Source of the DNA: Gammaproteobacteria bacterium
GTDB lineage: Bacteria; Pseudomonadota; Gammaproteobacteria; UBA6429; Thiohalophilaceae
Assembly: GCA_024275115.1 (NCBI GenBank)
Contig: JAJRZT010000065.1
Coordinates: forward strand, 4,955-68,954
DNA length: 64,000 bases
Direction: 5' to 3'
Below, piece after piece: positions 8,334-17,677 of the stretch. Both the position numbers and the translations under genes were made by a program. Each line of letters begins with the position of its first letter. The stretch's first letter is position 1. Under the pieces are notes generated by a model, which searched no databases, was not told the origin of the DNA, and saw only the letters and a program-made list of their open reading frames with translations.

Positions 8334-9750
8334 TACCGACATACTCATCGCTGGTGGCGGCATCTCCGGTTTGACGCTGGCCTGGTGGCTGGCACAAAGT
8401 GGTTACCGGGTAGAAGTATGGGAAGCCGACACTCGTGTCGGCGGCAAAATCCAGAGTACGCAGCAAGACGGTTACCTGATGGAACAGGCCGCCTCGTTAT
8501 TAATGAATTTCCGTCCGGAAGTCTCGGGGCTCATTCATCACACCGGACTGGAATCCAAAAAAACCTGTCGCAATAAACAAGCCGGTGCTCACCGTTACCT
8601 GTTACATCAGGGACAGCTCACCGCCCTGCCCATGCGTATGGGCGGCCTGCTGCGTTCACCACTGTGGAGTCTGCGGGGCAAGCTGCGCCTGCTGGCAGAA
8701 CCCTTTATGCCAGTGGGCACAGACCCCGATGAGTCTGTCAGTCAATTTATTCAACGGCGTCTAGGGCGTGAAATGCTGGAAAAGGCGATGGATCCCTTTG
8801 TCGCAGGCACCCTGGCAGCAGATCCGGATCTCGCCAGCGCCGCCGCCACCCTGCCACGACTCACGGTTCTGGAAAAACGTTATGGCAGTATCACCGCCGG
8901 CATCATCGCCCACCGGCTATTACGCAAGCGCAGTGCCTGTCTCACCGATACCTTTTCATTCGAGGGCGGCATGTCTACCCTGATCGAAACCCTCGCAAAC
9001 ACCCCCGGTGTGCAGGTGCGCACTGGCTATAAGCTGCGAGAACTGGTACGCAGCCCAAAGGGCTGGCAAGCCCGGGCGGAAACCCCTCACGGCGAATATC
9101 AACTGAATACAAAGAAAACCGTGCTGGCAACACCGGCACCGGTGGCTGCACAATTATTAGATAACCTCGACACAGAGTTGGCGGAGCTACTGCGCGGTAT
9201 CCGCTATGCGCCGCTGGCGGTAGTACATATCGGCATGCAGCGCAAACACATAACACATCCACTGGATGGCACCGGCTTTCTCACACCACGCAGTGCCGGG
9301 CTGCCTATTAATGGCAATCTATGGATGAGCAGCCTGTTCAATGGGCGCGCACCACAGGGCAAGGTGTTGATGACGACTTATCTGGGGGGGGCGCGCCGCC
9401 CCGAATTGCTTGAATATGATGATAACCACCTCTTGAATCAGACCTTACAATCCCTGCAACCCCTGCTGGGCTTGCAAAGTGACCCTGAAATGGTGCAGAT
9501 TCAACGTCATACCCAAGGGCTTCCAGTGTATCATGGTGCTTATCAGGCTCGACTGCAGGCTATCGAGGAAAAAATGCATTGTTTACCGAATCTCTATTTA
9601 GAGGCCAATTATCAAGGTGGTGTATCAGTACGCGACCGCATTGCTCGCAGCTACCTGCTGGCACAACGCATCACCGCGGAGCTACCTATCACGAGAACCT
9701 ATGACAAAAAGGACAATTATGCACCCACCCTCGCCACCGACAGCAGATGA
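8326..9750 (+). CDS. FAD-dependent protoporphyrinogen/coproporphyrinogen oxidase-like protein (HemY/CgoX family)
   Basis: In-frame ATG at 8326 gives MDDTDILIAGGGISGLTLAWWL..VEVWEADTRVGGKI, a dinucleotide-binding fold. The C-terminus reads ..LYLEANYQGGVSVRDRI. The ATGGATGA overlap with the radical SAM stop argues against the 8188 start in the ORF track. Confidence 0.7.
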   Translation: MDDTDILIAGGGISGLTLAWWLAQSGYRVEVWEADTRVGGKIQSTQQDGYLMEQAASLLMNFRPEVSGLIHHTGLESKKTCRNKQAGAHRYLLHQGQLTALPMRMGGLLRSPLWSLRGKLRLLAEPFMPVGTDPDESVSQFIQRRLGREMLEKAMDPFVAGTLAADPDLASAAATLPRLTVLEKRYGSITAGIIAHRLLRKRSACLTDTFSFEGGMSTLIETLANTPGVQVRTGYKLRELVRSPKGWQARAETPHGEYQLNTKKTVLATPAPVAAQLLDNLDTELAELLRGIRYAPLAVVHIGMQRKHITHPLDGTGFLTPRSAGLPINGNLWMSSLFNGRAPQGKVLMTTYLGGARRPELLEYDDNHLLNQTLQSLQPLLGLQSDPEMVQIQRHTQGLPVYHGAYQARLQAIEEKMHCLPNLYLEANYQGGVSVRDRIARSYLLAQRITAELPITRTYDKKDNYAPTLATDSR

Positions 9751-10108
9751 GCGGGTGGATGAGAGATCTGTCCCGCATGCCAGCACTGCTGATCCCAAGC
9801 CTGACAAACCGAAAGGATTTCGTCCCTGGCCTTTGATCCTTGCAGTCACTACCGCCTTATTGCTGGTACCCCTATGGAGCAACTGGTATGCCGATCAAGT
9901 ATCCCTGCCGCGTTACTGCAAGAATCCCGAACTTAGCCTGCAACAACTGGAGCAAGTGTTACGGGAAAAACAGCCGGCTGGTGACGGCGCACGTAAACCT
10001 TACATCATTGTTGCCAAATTGTTGTTTCTGATACCTCAGAACGGTAATGAGTCCATCCCCGCCTATCTATCAAGAGTACGCGGAATACTACGTACGCAGT
10101 GTCAATGA
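9701..10108 (+). CDS. Hypothetical membrane-anchored protein
   Basis: ORF track 9617..10108, with internal ATGs at 9701 and 9719. It has a Pro/charged N-terminus and then one TM segment (WPLILAVTTALLLVPLW). It overlaps both neighbouring genes. I recognised no family. Confidence 0.4.
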   Translation: MTKRTIMHPPSPPTADERVDERSVPHASTADPKPDKPKGFRPWPLILAVTTALLLVPLWSNWYADQVSLPRYCKNPELSLQQLEQVLREKQPAGDGARKPYIIVAKLLFLIPQNGNESIPAYLSRVRGILRTQCQ

Positions 10109-12684
10109 ATCTGGTTATCCCAAAACATCAGGAGCTCCGCCGCAACTTTCTGAAACATCTGCTATCGATGCTATTGCTGGCAGCCCTGGTATTGGCTATC
10201 GGAATCTGGGCGCATTATAAGAGCAATGCAAGACTGGAGACCCACACTCGCGATCAGGCGGAAGTCCAAAACGTGGGACTGGCCTGGCAAACCCTGTCCA
10301 CCAGCATGCAATTAGTGTTTGGTGACCTGTTATTCCTTTCACAATTAAACGAATTGAATAATATGCTGGATCGTGCGGATCGACCCTGGCGCAGGGCACT
10401 CAGCGATGAATTGATAAACTTCAGCCGCGCACGCGACCTTTATGCTCAAATCCGCTTCATCGATGCGACCGGCCAGGAAATTGTGCGTGTTAACCACAAC
10501 AACGGCAAGCCGTTTTCCGAGTTAGACATAAACTTGCAGTCCAAGGTGGCGCGTTACTACTTCGGCCAGACCATGGCACTGAAACCCGGCAAAATCTTTG
10601 TATCCCCCTTTGACCTGAATCAGGAAAAGAGCCGTCTGGAACATCCCCTCAAACCCGTCATTCGCGTCGCCACCCCGCTGGTGGACGAACAAGGGCAAAA
10701 GGCCGGCATCCTGATTTTGAATATCCTTGGAGAAAAGTTGGTTCGCGGTTTCAGGGATGCTGCGGTCAACATCGCCGACCAGATTATGTTGGTCAACGCC
10801 GATGGCGACTGGTTAAGCAGTAAAAACCGTGAAGACGAGTGGGGTTTTATTCTGGGGCATGAACGCTCCTTCGCTACCCGTTTTCCGGAAGTCTGGCAAA
10901 ACATTAAAGACCGAGATCAGGGGCAGCTACATCATCAACAGGGTCTGTTTACCTTTGCCACCCTGTTTCCCGACAAGCCAACCGCAAAGAACCGGCAAAG
11001 CACACCACATATTCCTGATAGCATCGGCCAGAAAGCATACGGGCAGCGCAACTGGAAAATTATCGCTCACATTACTCCCCAGGTATTGCACATCGGTCCA
11101 CAGGGCTTTCTGCGCAATAATGCCCTGCTGTATACTGTTATAAGTTTACTGCTTGTTTTACTGGCGCTAGTAGTAGCCTGGGGTCAGGCTCGTCATCAGA
11201 TCATCCTTGCGCAACGCGATTATGAACGGCTTTTCCGTGACACCATGGAAAATGTGGATCTGGCGGTCGTGACCCTGGTTCCTGATGGAAAAATCATCTA
11301 TTGCAACGACTTCTTTTTAAACCAGACCGCCTACAAGAAACACGAGGTATTAGGTAAAGACTGGTTTGATACCTACATATCATCGGAAGACCGCAGCCAG
11401 GAACGAAAATACTTCGCTGGCATCCTGACTAAACCTGAAACCCCGGGGCGTCATAATAACCAGCTCATGACTCAACTCGGAAAGCGACGCCGGTTTCACT
11501 GGAATTACAGTGTCTCTTTAGAACACGATGGGCAGGTTCACAGTGTTACCGCCATCGGCGAAGACACAACGGAGCACCACCATACAAAGGTGGAATTGAA
11601 CAAGCTGATTAATGCCGTGGAACAAAGCCCCAATACCGTGCTGATCACCGATACTCAAGGCCTGATTGAATATGTAAATCCCAACTTCACCAACCTCACC
11701 GGTTACACAAAAGAAGAAGTCATTGGCAAAAGCCCCAGCATTTTGAAAACCGGAGAAACACCGCCTGAGGTCTATAAGGAGTTGTGGAGTACTATCTCCA
11801 ATGGCGGCGAATGGCGTGGCGAGTTTCATAATCGTAAGAAAAACGGTGAACTGTACTGGGAATTCACCATTATTTCGCCGATTGTTGACAGCAAAGGCAA
11901 CATCACAAATTTTCTTGCCGTCAAGGAAGATGTCACGGAACGCAAACGCCTACAACAGGAAGTGGAGGATCGTAACAAGGAATTGATACGTACCCAATCA
12001 CTTACGGTTATCGGCCGCATGGCCAGCATGATAGCCCATGATCTACGCAACCCTTTATCTTCGGTAAAAATGAGCCTGCAAATCCTGGGTAAGCAGAACC
12101 AGAAAAAAGAGGAGTCCGAGGAACTCAAAGACATTGCTCTGGCGCAGGTGCACTACATGGAAGAGATCCTGGAGGACATGTTGCAGTACTCACGCCCCGA
12201 TGCCTTAAAGCCGGAATGGCTGGATATCAACAAGCTACTGGATATGGCGGTGGCCCTGACGGGCAAGGCCATCAATGAGCGCAATGCCAAAATAACCACA
12301 AACTACGCCGCCCAATTACCCACTCTGCACGGTGACCCCAACAAGTTGCGCCAGGTCTTCAGCAACCTGATCATGAATGCCTTACAGGCCATGGACAATA
12401 CCGGCATCCTGCCGGAAGTCGATATTCAAACCAGCCTTGAGTTATACGACAACGAGCCCCGCGTGCGCGTTGAAATCTGCGATAACGGGCCTGGCATTAA
12501 CGGTACGGAAGCGGACAAGCTGTTTGAACCATTCTTCACCACCCGCACGAAAGGCACTGGACTGGGCCTGGCCATTGTTAAACGACTGCTGGAGCAACAT
12601 CACGGTGCCGTCCAGCTGCTACCTGGTGAAAAAGGCGGCATACGTGCCGTAGTTATTCTCCCCACGAGTCAGTTAAAGGTATGA
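10099..12684 (+). CDS. Sensor histidine kinase: periplasmic Cache-like domain, two PAS domains, HisKA and HATPase
   Basis: Two TM segments flank a roughly 290-aa extracytoplasmic domain. PAS S-box-like segments are present (..VTLVPDGKIIYCND.., ..ITDTQGLIEYVNPNFTNLTGYTKEEVIG..). The H-box is MIAHDLRNPL and the G-box is GTGLGLAIVKRL. Confidence 0.85.
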   Translation: MSMNLVIPKHQELRRNFLKHLLSMLLLAALVLAIGIWAHYKSNARLETHTRDQAEVQNVGLAWQTLSTSMQLVFGDLLFLSQLNELNNMLDRADRPWRRALSDELINFSRARDLYAQIRFIDATGQEIVRVNHNNGKPFSELDINLQSKVARYYFGQTMALKPGKIFVSPFDLNQEKSRLEHPLKPVIRVATPLVDEQGQKAGILILNILGEKLVRGFRDAAVNIADQIMLVNADGDWLSSKNREDEWGFILGHERSFATRFPEVWQNIKDRDQGQLHHQQGLFTFATLFPDKPTAKNRQSTPHIPDSIGQKAYGQRNWKIIAHITPQVLHIGPQGFLRNNALLYTVISLLLVLLALVVAWGQARHQIILAQRDYERLFRDTMENVDLAVVTLVPDGKIIYCNDFFLNQTAYKKHEVLGKDWFDTYISSEDRSQERKYFAGILTKPETPGRHNNQLMTQLGKRRRFHWNYSVSLEHDGQVHSVTAIGEDTTEHHHTKVELNKLINAVEQSPNTVLITDTQGLIEYVNPNFTNLTGYTKEEVIGKSPSILKTGETPPEVYKELWSTISNGGEWRGEFHNRKKNGELYWEFTIISPIVDSKGNITNFLAVKEDVTERKRLQQEVEDRNKELIRTQSLTVIGRMASMIAHDLRNPLSSVKMSLQILGKQNQKKEESEELKDIALAQVHYMEEILEDMLQYSRPDALKPEWLDINKLLDMAVALTGKAINERNAKITTNYAAQLPTLHGDPNKLRQVFSNLIMNALQAMDNTGILPEVDIQTSLELYDNEPRVRVEICDNGPGINGTEADKLFEPFFTTRTKGTGLGLAIVKRLLEQHHGAVQLLPGEKGGIRAVVILPTSQLKV

Positions 12685-14123
12685 TACGCACTATGGAAAA
12701 TAAATCTTTAAACACCACCGGCAACACTGCATCTGCCGGGAAACGTGACCGTATCCTGATCGTGGATGATGACGTAGCCATCTGCCGCACCCTGCAGCTG
12801 CACTTGCAGGGACAAGGTTATCTAATTGCCACGGCACACAGTATCGATGAAGGCATGCAGGCTGCCAATACACAGACACCAGATATGATCATCCTGGATA
12901 TCCGCATGCCAGGCACCTCCGGTCTCGAAGGCCTGCCCGAATTCAAAAAGATTTTTCCCAATACCCATGTGATTATAATCACCGCCTTCCAAGACATGGA
13001 GAGCACCATTCAAGCTATGCAACGAGGTGCGGAAGACTATATCCACAAGCCCATCGACATCGACGAGCTGGACCGTGTTATGAAACGCATCCTGACCAAT
13101 AATGCTGAATGCCAAATCATCGATACCGATATTCGCGCACCGGCAGCAGGCTCGGTAAGCATGGTGGGACGCAGTTGGGCCATGAAGGAGGTATTCAAGA
13201 ACATCGGCCTGGTGGCGGCTAGCCCGGTCACGGTATTGATCACTGGCGACAGCGGCACGGGCAAAGAGCTGGTCGCGCAGGCCATCCACCGTTCCGGCAG
13301 TAATCCGGACGCCCCCTTCGTCGCAATCAATTGTGCGGCTCTGGTGGAGACCCTGTTGGAATCCGATATGTTTGGCCATGAAAAAGGCGCCTTTACCGGT
13401 GCCACCAGCCAACAACAAGGCAAATTTGCCCTAGCAGAAAACGGCACGATCTTTTTGGATGAAATAGGTGAATTGTCGCCCACCATGCAAGCAAAACTGT
13501 TACGTGTGCTACAGGAGAAGGAATACACTCCCCTGGGAGCCAAGCAGCCCCGACATACTAATGCCCGAGTTATCGCCGCCACTAATGTGGATCTCAACGA
13601 GAAGGTGCAGAGCGGCGGGTTCCGTGGAGACCTGCTCTACCGTTTACAAGTGGTCACCTTGCATCTACCACCCTTGCGTGAACGCAAGGAAGATATCACT
13701 GCGCTCATCCCTGCACTACTGGCACGTATCAATCGCGATTTGCATAAAAATATCTGTCAGGTTTCCCAGGAAGTACTGGATGGGCTTCAAAGCTATGACT
13801 GGCCAGGCAATGTACGTGAACTGGAAAACAGCCTGGCCAAGGCCGTAGCCTTGTGTTCAGGCACGATTCTCACACCGGATCTGTTTGGCAATATCTGCGG
13901 TGAATCCGCAGTAACTGAAAAACCCCTGGAAGAAACGAGCCTGCAGGAAATTGAAAAGATCCATGTACTACGTGTATTGGAAGCACAAGGATGGCACAAG
14001 GGCAAAACCTGCGAGATCCTTGGCATATCCCGGCCACGCCTGCGCCGGCTGCTCAATCAATATGGGTTGCCCTCATCAGACGGCGTGATGCCGGATGATG
14101 ACATTGATTCGGACGATACATGA
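12681..14123 (+). CDS. NtrC-family sigma-54-dependent response regulator (REC, AAA+, Fis-type HTH)
   Basis: The REC domain reads ILIVDDD...DMIILDIRMPG. Walker A is GDSGTGKE and the sigma-54 contact loop is GHEKGAFTGA. The C-terminal HTH reads KTCEILGISRPRLRRLL. An ATGA overlap links it to the kinase gene. Confidence 0.9.
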   Translation: MIRTMENKSLNTTGNTASAGKRDRILIVDDDVAICRTLQLHLQGQGYLIATAHSIDEGMQAANTQTPDMIILDIRMPGTSGLEGLPEFKKIFPNTHVIIITAFQDMESTIQAMQRGAEDYIHKPIDIDELDRVMKRILTNNAECQIIDTDIRAPAAGSVSMVGRSWAMKEVFKNIGLVAASPVTVLITGDSGTGKELVAQAIHRSGSNPDAPFVAINCAALVETLLESDMFGHEKGAFTGATSQQQGKFALAENGTIFLDEIGELSPTMQAKLLRVLQEKEYTPLGAKQPRHTNARVIAATNVDLNEKVQSGGFRGDLLYRLQVVTLHLPPLRERKEDITALIPALLARINRDLHKNICQVSQEVLDGLQSYDWPGNVRELENSLAKAVALCSGTILTPDLFGNICGESAVTEKPLEETSLQEIEKIHVLRVLEAQGWHKGKTCEILGISRPRLRRLLNQYGLPSSDGVMPDDDIDSDDT

Positions 14124-14357
14124 TAAACCCCGCCAGAGTTCCATCTCGCCTCCTGGTAAGAAATGCGGGCTAAGTCTGACTACCCAGGTCGCAGATGCCA
14201 AGAAACAATAGCTTATTGAGAGTATTAACCTTTAGCGGGCCGCACGTTACACATAACCAATAATTTAGCAGAACGATGCATAACTGATCTCGGCAAAAGT
14301 CCTGCCATAATATATTGTTTAGATACTACATAACCTCAGAGCTGCATAAGTACTTTA

Positions 14358-14392
14358 AATAAAAAGCCGAAGCAGCTTTCACTGCTTCGGCT
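14358..14392 (-). terminator. Rho-independent terminator downstream of sat
   Basis: Stem AGCCGAAGCAG / CTGCTTCGGCT with a 6-nt loop. On the minus strand it is followed by a T-run (TTTTTATTT). Confidence 0.6.
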
Positions 14393-14419
14393 TTCGTAGG
14401 TATGAGCTAAAAACTAAAC

Positions 14420-15604
14420 TTAAAGCGTCTGGTAATAATCAATCAAGATTTTAGCCACTTCTGGGCGTGAGAATTCTTTAGGTGGCGCTTCGCCGTTGCC
14501 TAACATTTCACGTACTTTAGTTCCTGACAAAAGAACAAAGTCATCTTTTTCATGATCAGGTGCTTCACGCATCATCACCACTTTATTCAGTTTCTTCGAC
14601 CAGGCGGTGTGATCTGCCATGAACATTTCAATGTCCATTGCACCCTTAGGCACTTCGTCTTCGAAAATAGTTTGTGCATCAAAGGCACCGTAGTAATCGC
14701 CCACACCGGCGTGGTCACGACCAATGATAAAGTGCGTTGCACCCATATTTTGACGGAAGTAAGCATGTAACACCGCTTCACGTGGACCAGCATAAAGCAT
14801 ATCGAAACCGTAACCCGTTACCATTGCGCTGTTTGCAGGGAAATAAACTTCTACCATTTTACGAATAGCAGCGTCACGAACAGGAGCAGGGATGTCACCT
14901 TTTTTCAATTTACCCAACAACATGTGAATAACCAGGCCATCACAACCTAAACGATCCATTGCCATGTGGCAAAGTTCTTCATGTGCAAGGTGCATTGGAT
15001 TACGCGTTTGGAAAGCAACAACTTTTTTCCAGCCATGCTCAGAAATTTCATTACGAATCTCAACAGCGGTACGGAAAGTATCTGGGAATTCAGTTTGGAA
15101 GTAGCTAAAATTTAAGACCTGAATCGGGCCGGAAACAGCCGTTTGACCCTGACCATTAAATGCAGCAACACCTGGGTGTTCCATATCATCCGTACGATAA
15201 ACTTTATCGGTCATCGTTTTCATTTGCGCGTCCGTTACTTGCTCAATGGCTTCAACATCCATAACAGCAATAACAGGGTTACCGTCCACATTCGGGTCAC
15301 GCAACGCAATACGTTTTGCATCACCAATGGCATCGGCATTTTCTAATAAGCACATTACTGGAACGGGGAAGAATGAACCGTCGGTAAGGGTCATTTTTTC
15401 TGCGGCACCCATTGCATCAGCAACGCTCATAAAACCTTTTAACGGGCTAAAATAACCACCAGCCATCATTACTGCATTACCGGCAGCTTGTGAACTGATC
15501 ACGACAGAAGGTAGAGACTTCGCTTCTTTGCTCAGCTTGTCATGTTCGGCAACGTCATAGACGAAGCGCGGTTGTAATTCATCGGAACCTATTGGTTTAA
15601 TCAT
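14420..15604 (-). CDS. sat: Sulfate adenylyltransferase (ATP sulfurylase)
   Basis: Motifs QTRNPMHLAHEEL and HFIIGRDHAGVG. The start is taken at MIKPIGSDEL (ATG 15604, GAGGA upstream) rather than 15619. Confidence 0.9.
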   Translation of the reverse strand: MIKPIGSDELQPRFVYDVAEHDKLSKEAKSLPSVVISSQAAGNAVMMAGGYFSPLKGFMSVADAMGAAEKMTLTDGSFFPVPVMCLLENADAIGDAKRIALRDPNVDGNPVIAVMDVEAIEQVTDAQMKTMTDKVYRTDDMEHPGVAAFNGQGQTAVSGPIQVLNFSYFQTEFPDTFRTAVEIRNEISEHGWKKVVAFQTRNPMHLAHEELCHMAMDRLGCDGLVIHMLLGKLKKGDIPAPVRDAAIRKMVEVYFPANSAMVTGYGFDMLYAGPREAVLHAYFRQNMGATHFIIGRDHAGVGDYYGAFDAQTIFEDEVPKGAMDIEMFMADHTAWSKKLNKVVMMREAPDHEKDDFVLLSGTKVREMLGNGEAPPKEFSRPEVAKILIDYYQTL

Positions 15605-15813
15605 CCTGTGTATCCTCATTGTTGGTTATGGCCTCGCCGTTGACTGCAAGAAGCGAGCGACACATTTCGTCATTTTAAAATCTGTAAATACTGGAATGGT
15701 TCTACGAACCTGCTCCAGTACCCATAAAAAAGTACGCCAACTATACAGCACTCTATACTCAGGTGAATATTAAGGTAATTTATAAGGCCATAGATGCGCT
15801 AAGCTATTGAAAT

Positions 15814-16698
15814 TTAAAGGTGTATAAATTCGGCTAATTGGCGAAATTCGTCCGAACGGGCACTGCCCTTGCGCCAGACCAGCCCAATCTCGCGATAACT
15901 GTTTTCCTGTAATGGCGTGAGCCTGATTTTTGTGCCGCGCAACAAGGCCGAGCCGACCGCCATTTCAGGTAAAAAGGTAATCCCTAAATCACTTTCGACC
16001 ATCTGCACTAACGTGAATAAGCTGGTTGCACTAAAGCGGCTTATTTTTTCCGGTTTGCGTAATTTACACGCGGCTAAGGCATGATCACGTAAACAATGCC
16101 CTTCTTCGAGCAATAAAATACTCTCACTATCGAGTTGACCAAATTTATAATTGTCGGGATCAACGAAATGGCTTTTAATACGACTTGCCAGCATAAACTT
16201 GTCTTTGAATAAACAAAGCTGCTCGGTGTTTTTAAGCTCATAAGGCAAAGCCAGCAATAAAATATCCAGTTCACCACTCATTAATTGATGATAAATTTTC
16301 TCCGACTGATCTTCTTTAAAATACAGCTCTAAATGGGGAAATTGTTCGCGGATCGCGGGTAAAACTTTAGGCAATAAAAAGGGCGCAATAGTTGGAATAA
16401 CCCCCATTTTTAACATTCCTGTTAAAGGTGACTGATAGTCCTGAGCAATTTCAAGCAAACCTTCTGCATCGCGTAAGCACCGTTGCGCCTGCTGAATAAT
16501 ACGCTGGCCAATGGCAGTGATGGTGACACTTTTATTGGTTCTGTCCACCAGCTGCACATTGAGCAGGGTTTCCAGCTCTTTTATTGCGACACTGAATGCC
16601 GGTTGTGAAACAAAACAGGCTTTGGCCGCTTTACCAAAATGCGCCGTTTCATTCAGTGCAACTAAATAGCGTAGCTGCTTTAGCGTTGGCAAATGCAT
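15814..16698 (-). CDS. oxyR: LysR-family peroxide sensor OxyR
   Basis: It has an N-terminal LysR HTH. The redox pair context EEGHCLRDHALAAC has two Cys spaced as C199/C208 of E. coli OxyR (GHCLRDQ....C). It is divergent from a peroxiredoxin gene. Confidence 0.8.
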   Translation of the reverse strand: MHLPTLKQLRYLVALNETAHFGKAAKACFVSQPAFSVAIKELETLLNVQLVDRTNKSVTITAIGQRIIQQAQRCLRDAEGLLEIAQDYQSPLTGMLKMGVIPTIAPFLLPKVLPAIREQFPHLELYFKEDQSEKIYHQLMSGELDILLLALPYELKNTEQLCLFKDKFMLASRIKSHFVDPDNYKFGQLDSESILLLEEGHCLRDHALAACKLRKPEKISRFSATSLFTLVQMVESDLGITFLPEMAVGSALLRGTKIRLTPLQENSYREIGLVWRKGSARSDEFRQLAEFIHL

Positions 16699-16854
16699 AT
16701 TAACAGCCTCGAATTATCGCACTTATACTCATAACTTAAATATATCAATATAATAGATTTAATCAAATATATTTATCATTCATTCCCCTTTAAAATGCTT
16801 TCCATCAGTCAGCAACACGACTTAAAAAATTTAATCTAATACGAGGTATTTAAT

Positions 16855-17586
16855 ATGTTAAGCAATAAAGAAGGTCAGGCCATTCCCAATGTCACATTCC
16901 ATACCCGCGATAACGACGAATGGAAAGATGTTACAACCGATGAACTATTCGCCAATAAAACCGTGGCAGTTTTCAGCTTACCCGGTGCATTTACACCCAC
17001 TTGCTCGTCCAGCCATTTGCCACGCTACAATGAACTTGCAAAAAGCTTTGCCGACAATGGCGTTGACGATATTATTTGTGTCTCGGTCAACGATACATTC
17101 GTAATGAATGCCTGGAAACAGGATCAGGCCGCCGAAAACATTACCATTATCCCCGATGGCAATGGCGAGTTCACCGAAGGCATGGATATGCTGGTTGATA
17201 AAAACGACCTTGGTTTTGGCAAACGTTCATGGCGCTATTCAATGCTGGTTAAAAATGGCGTGATTGAGAAAATGTTTATCGAAGAAAATGTACCCGGTGA
17301 CCCTTTTGAAGTGTCCGATGCCGACACCATGCTCGACTATATTAATCCTCAAGCTAAACGGCCTGATACAGTCAGCCTGTTCACTAAAAAGGACTGCCCG
17401 CATTGTGCGCGCGCGAAACAGTTACTGGATGAAAAAGGTTTAGGTTACGAAGTGATTGAACTCAATAAGAATGTCACTGAAAAAAGTCTAAATACCATTA
17501 CTGGCGCAGATACCGTTCCACAAATCTACATTAATGGTCAGCATGTCGGCAATGCCGATGCACTTGAAAAATACTTTAATACATAA
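16855..17586 (+). CDS. Peroxiredoxin (Prx5-type)-glutaredoxin hybrid
   Basis: The N-terminal motif is [10 protein letters not shown] and the C-terminal glutaredoxin motif is CPHC, followed by [13 protein letters not shown]. Confidence 0.85.
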   Translation: MLSNKEGQAIPNVTFHTRDNDEWKDVTTDELFANKTVAVFSLPGAFTPTCSSSHLPRYNELAKSFADNGVDDIICVSVNDTFVMNAWKQDQAAENITIIPDGNGEFTEGMDMLVDKNDLGFGKRSWRYSMLVKNGVIEKMFIEENVPGDPFEVSDADTMLDYINPQAKRPDTVSLFTKKDCPHCARAKQLLDEKGLGYEVIELNKNVTEKSLNTITGADTVPQIYINGQHVGNADALEKYFNT

Positions 17587-17615
17587 GTATTTTTCACCCG
17601 CGCGGTATAATGCAA

Positions 17616-17642
17616 AGTTGCCCGGACGCTATCCGGGCAACT
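17616..17642. terminator. Hairpin between convergent genes, a possible bidirectional terminator
   Basis: AGTTGCCCGGA-cgcta-TCCGGGCAACT, a perfect 11-bp stem. The flanking T-tracts are weak. Confidence 0.4.
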
Positions 17643-17677
17643 CTGCAATTAACAACATCCACAAATAGCGACTTTCG

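Noticed and set aside
12822-13597. 198-aa and 186-aa antisense ORFs inside the NtrC-type gene
   Set aside because: The sense strand carries unambiguous Walker A and GAFTGA motifs. The antisense products show no motifs.
14124-14357. Island boundary markers (tRNA, integrase remnant, direct repeats) at the compositional junction
   Set aside because: Reading both strands, I recognised none. The HGT interpretation therefore rests only on composition and remains tentative.
16699-16854. OxyR binding site (ATAG-N7-CTAT tetrad) in the oxyR/peroxiredoxin spacer
   Set aside because: Only partial ATAG-like elements (e.g. ATAGATTTAATCAAAT) are present. I could not align a convincing four-element site by eye.
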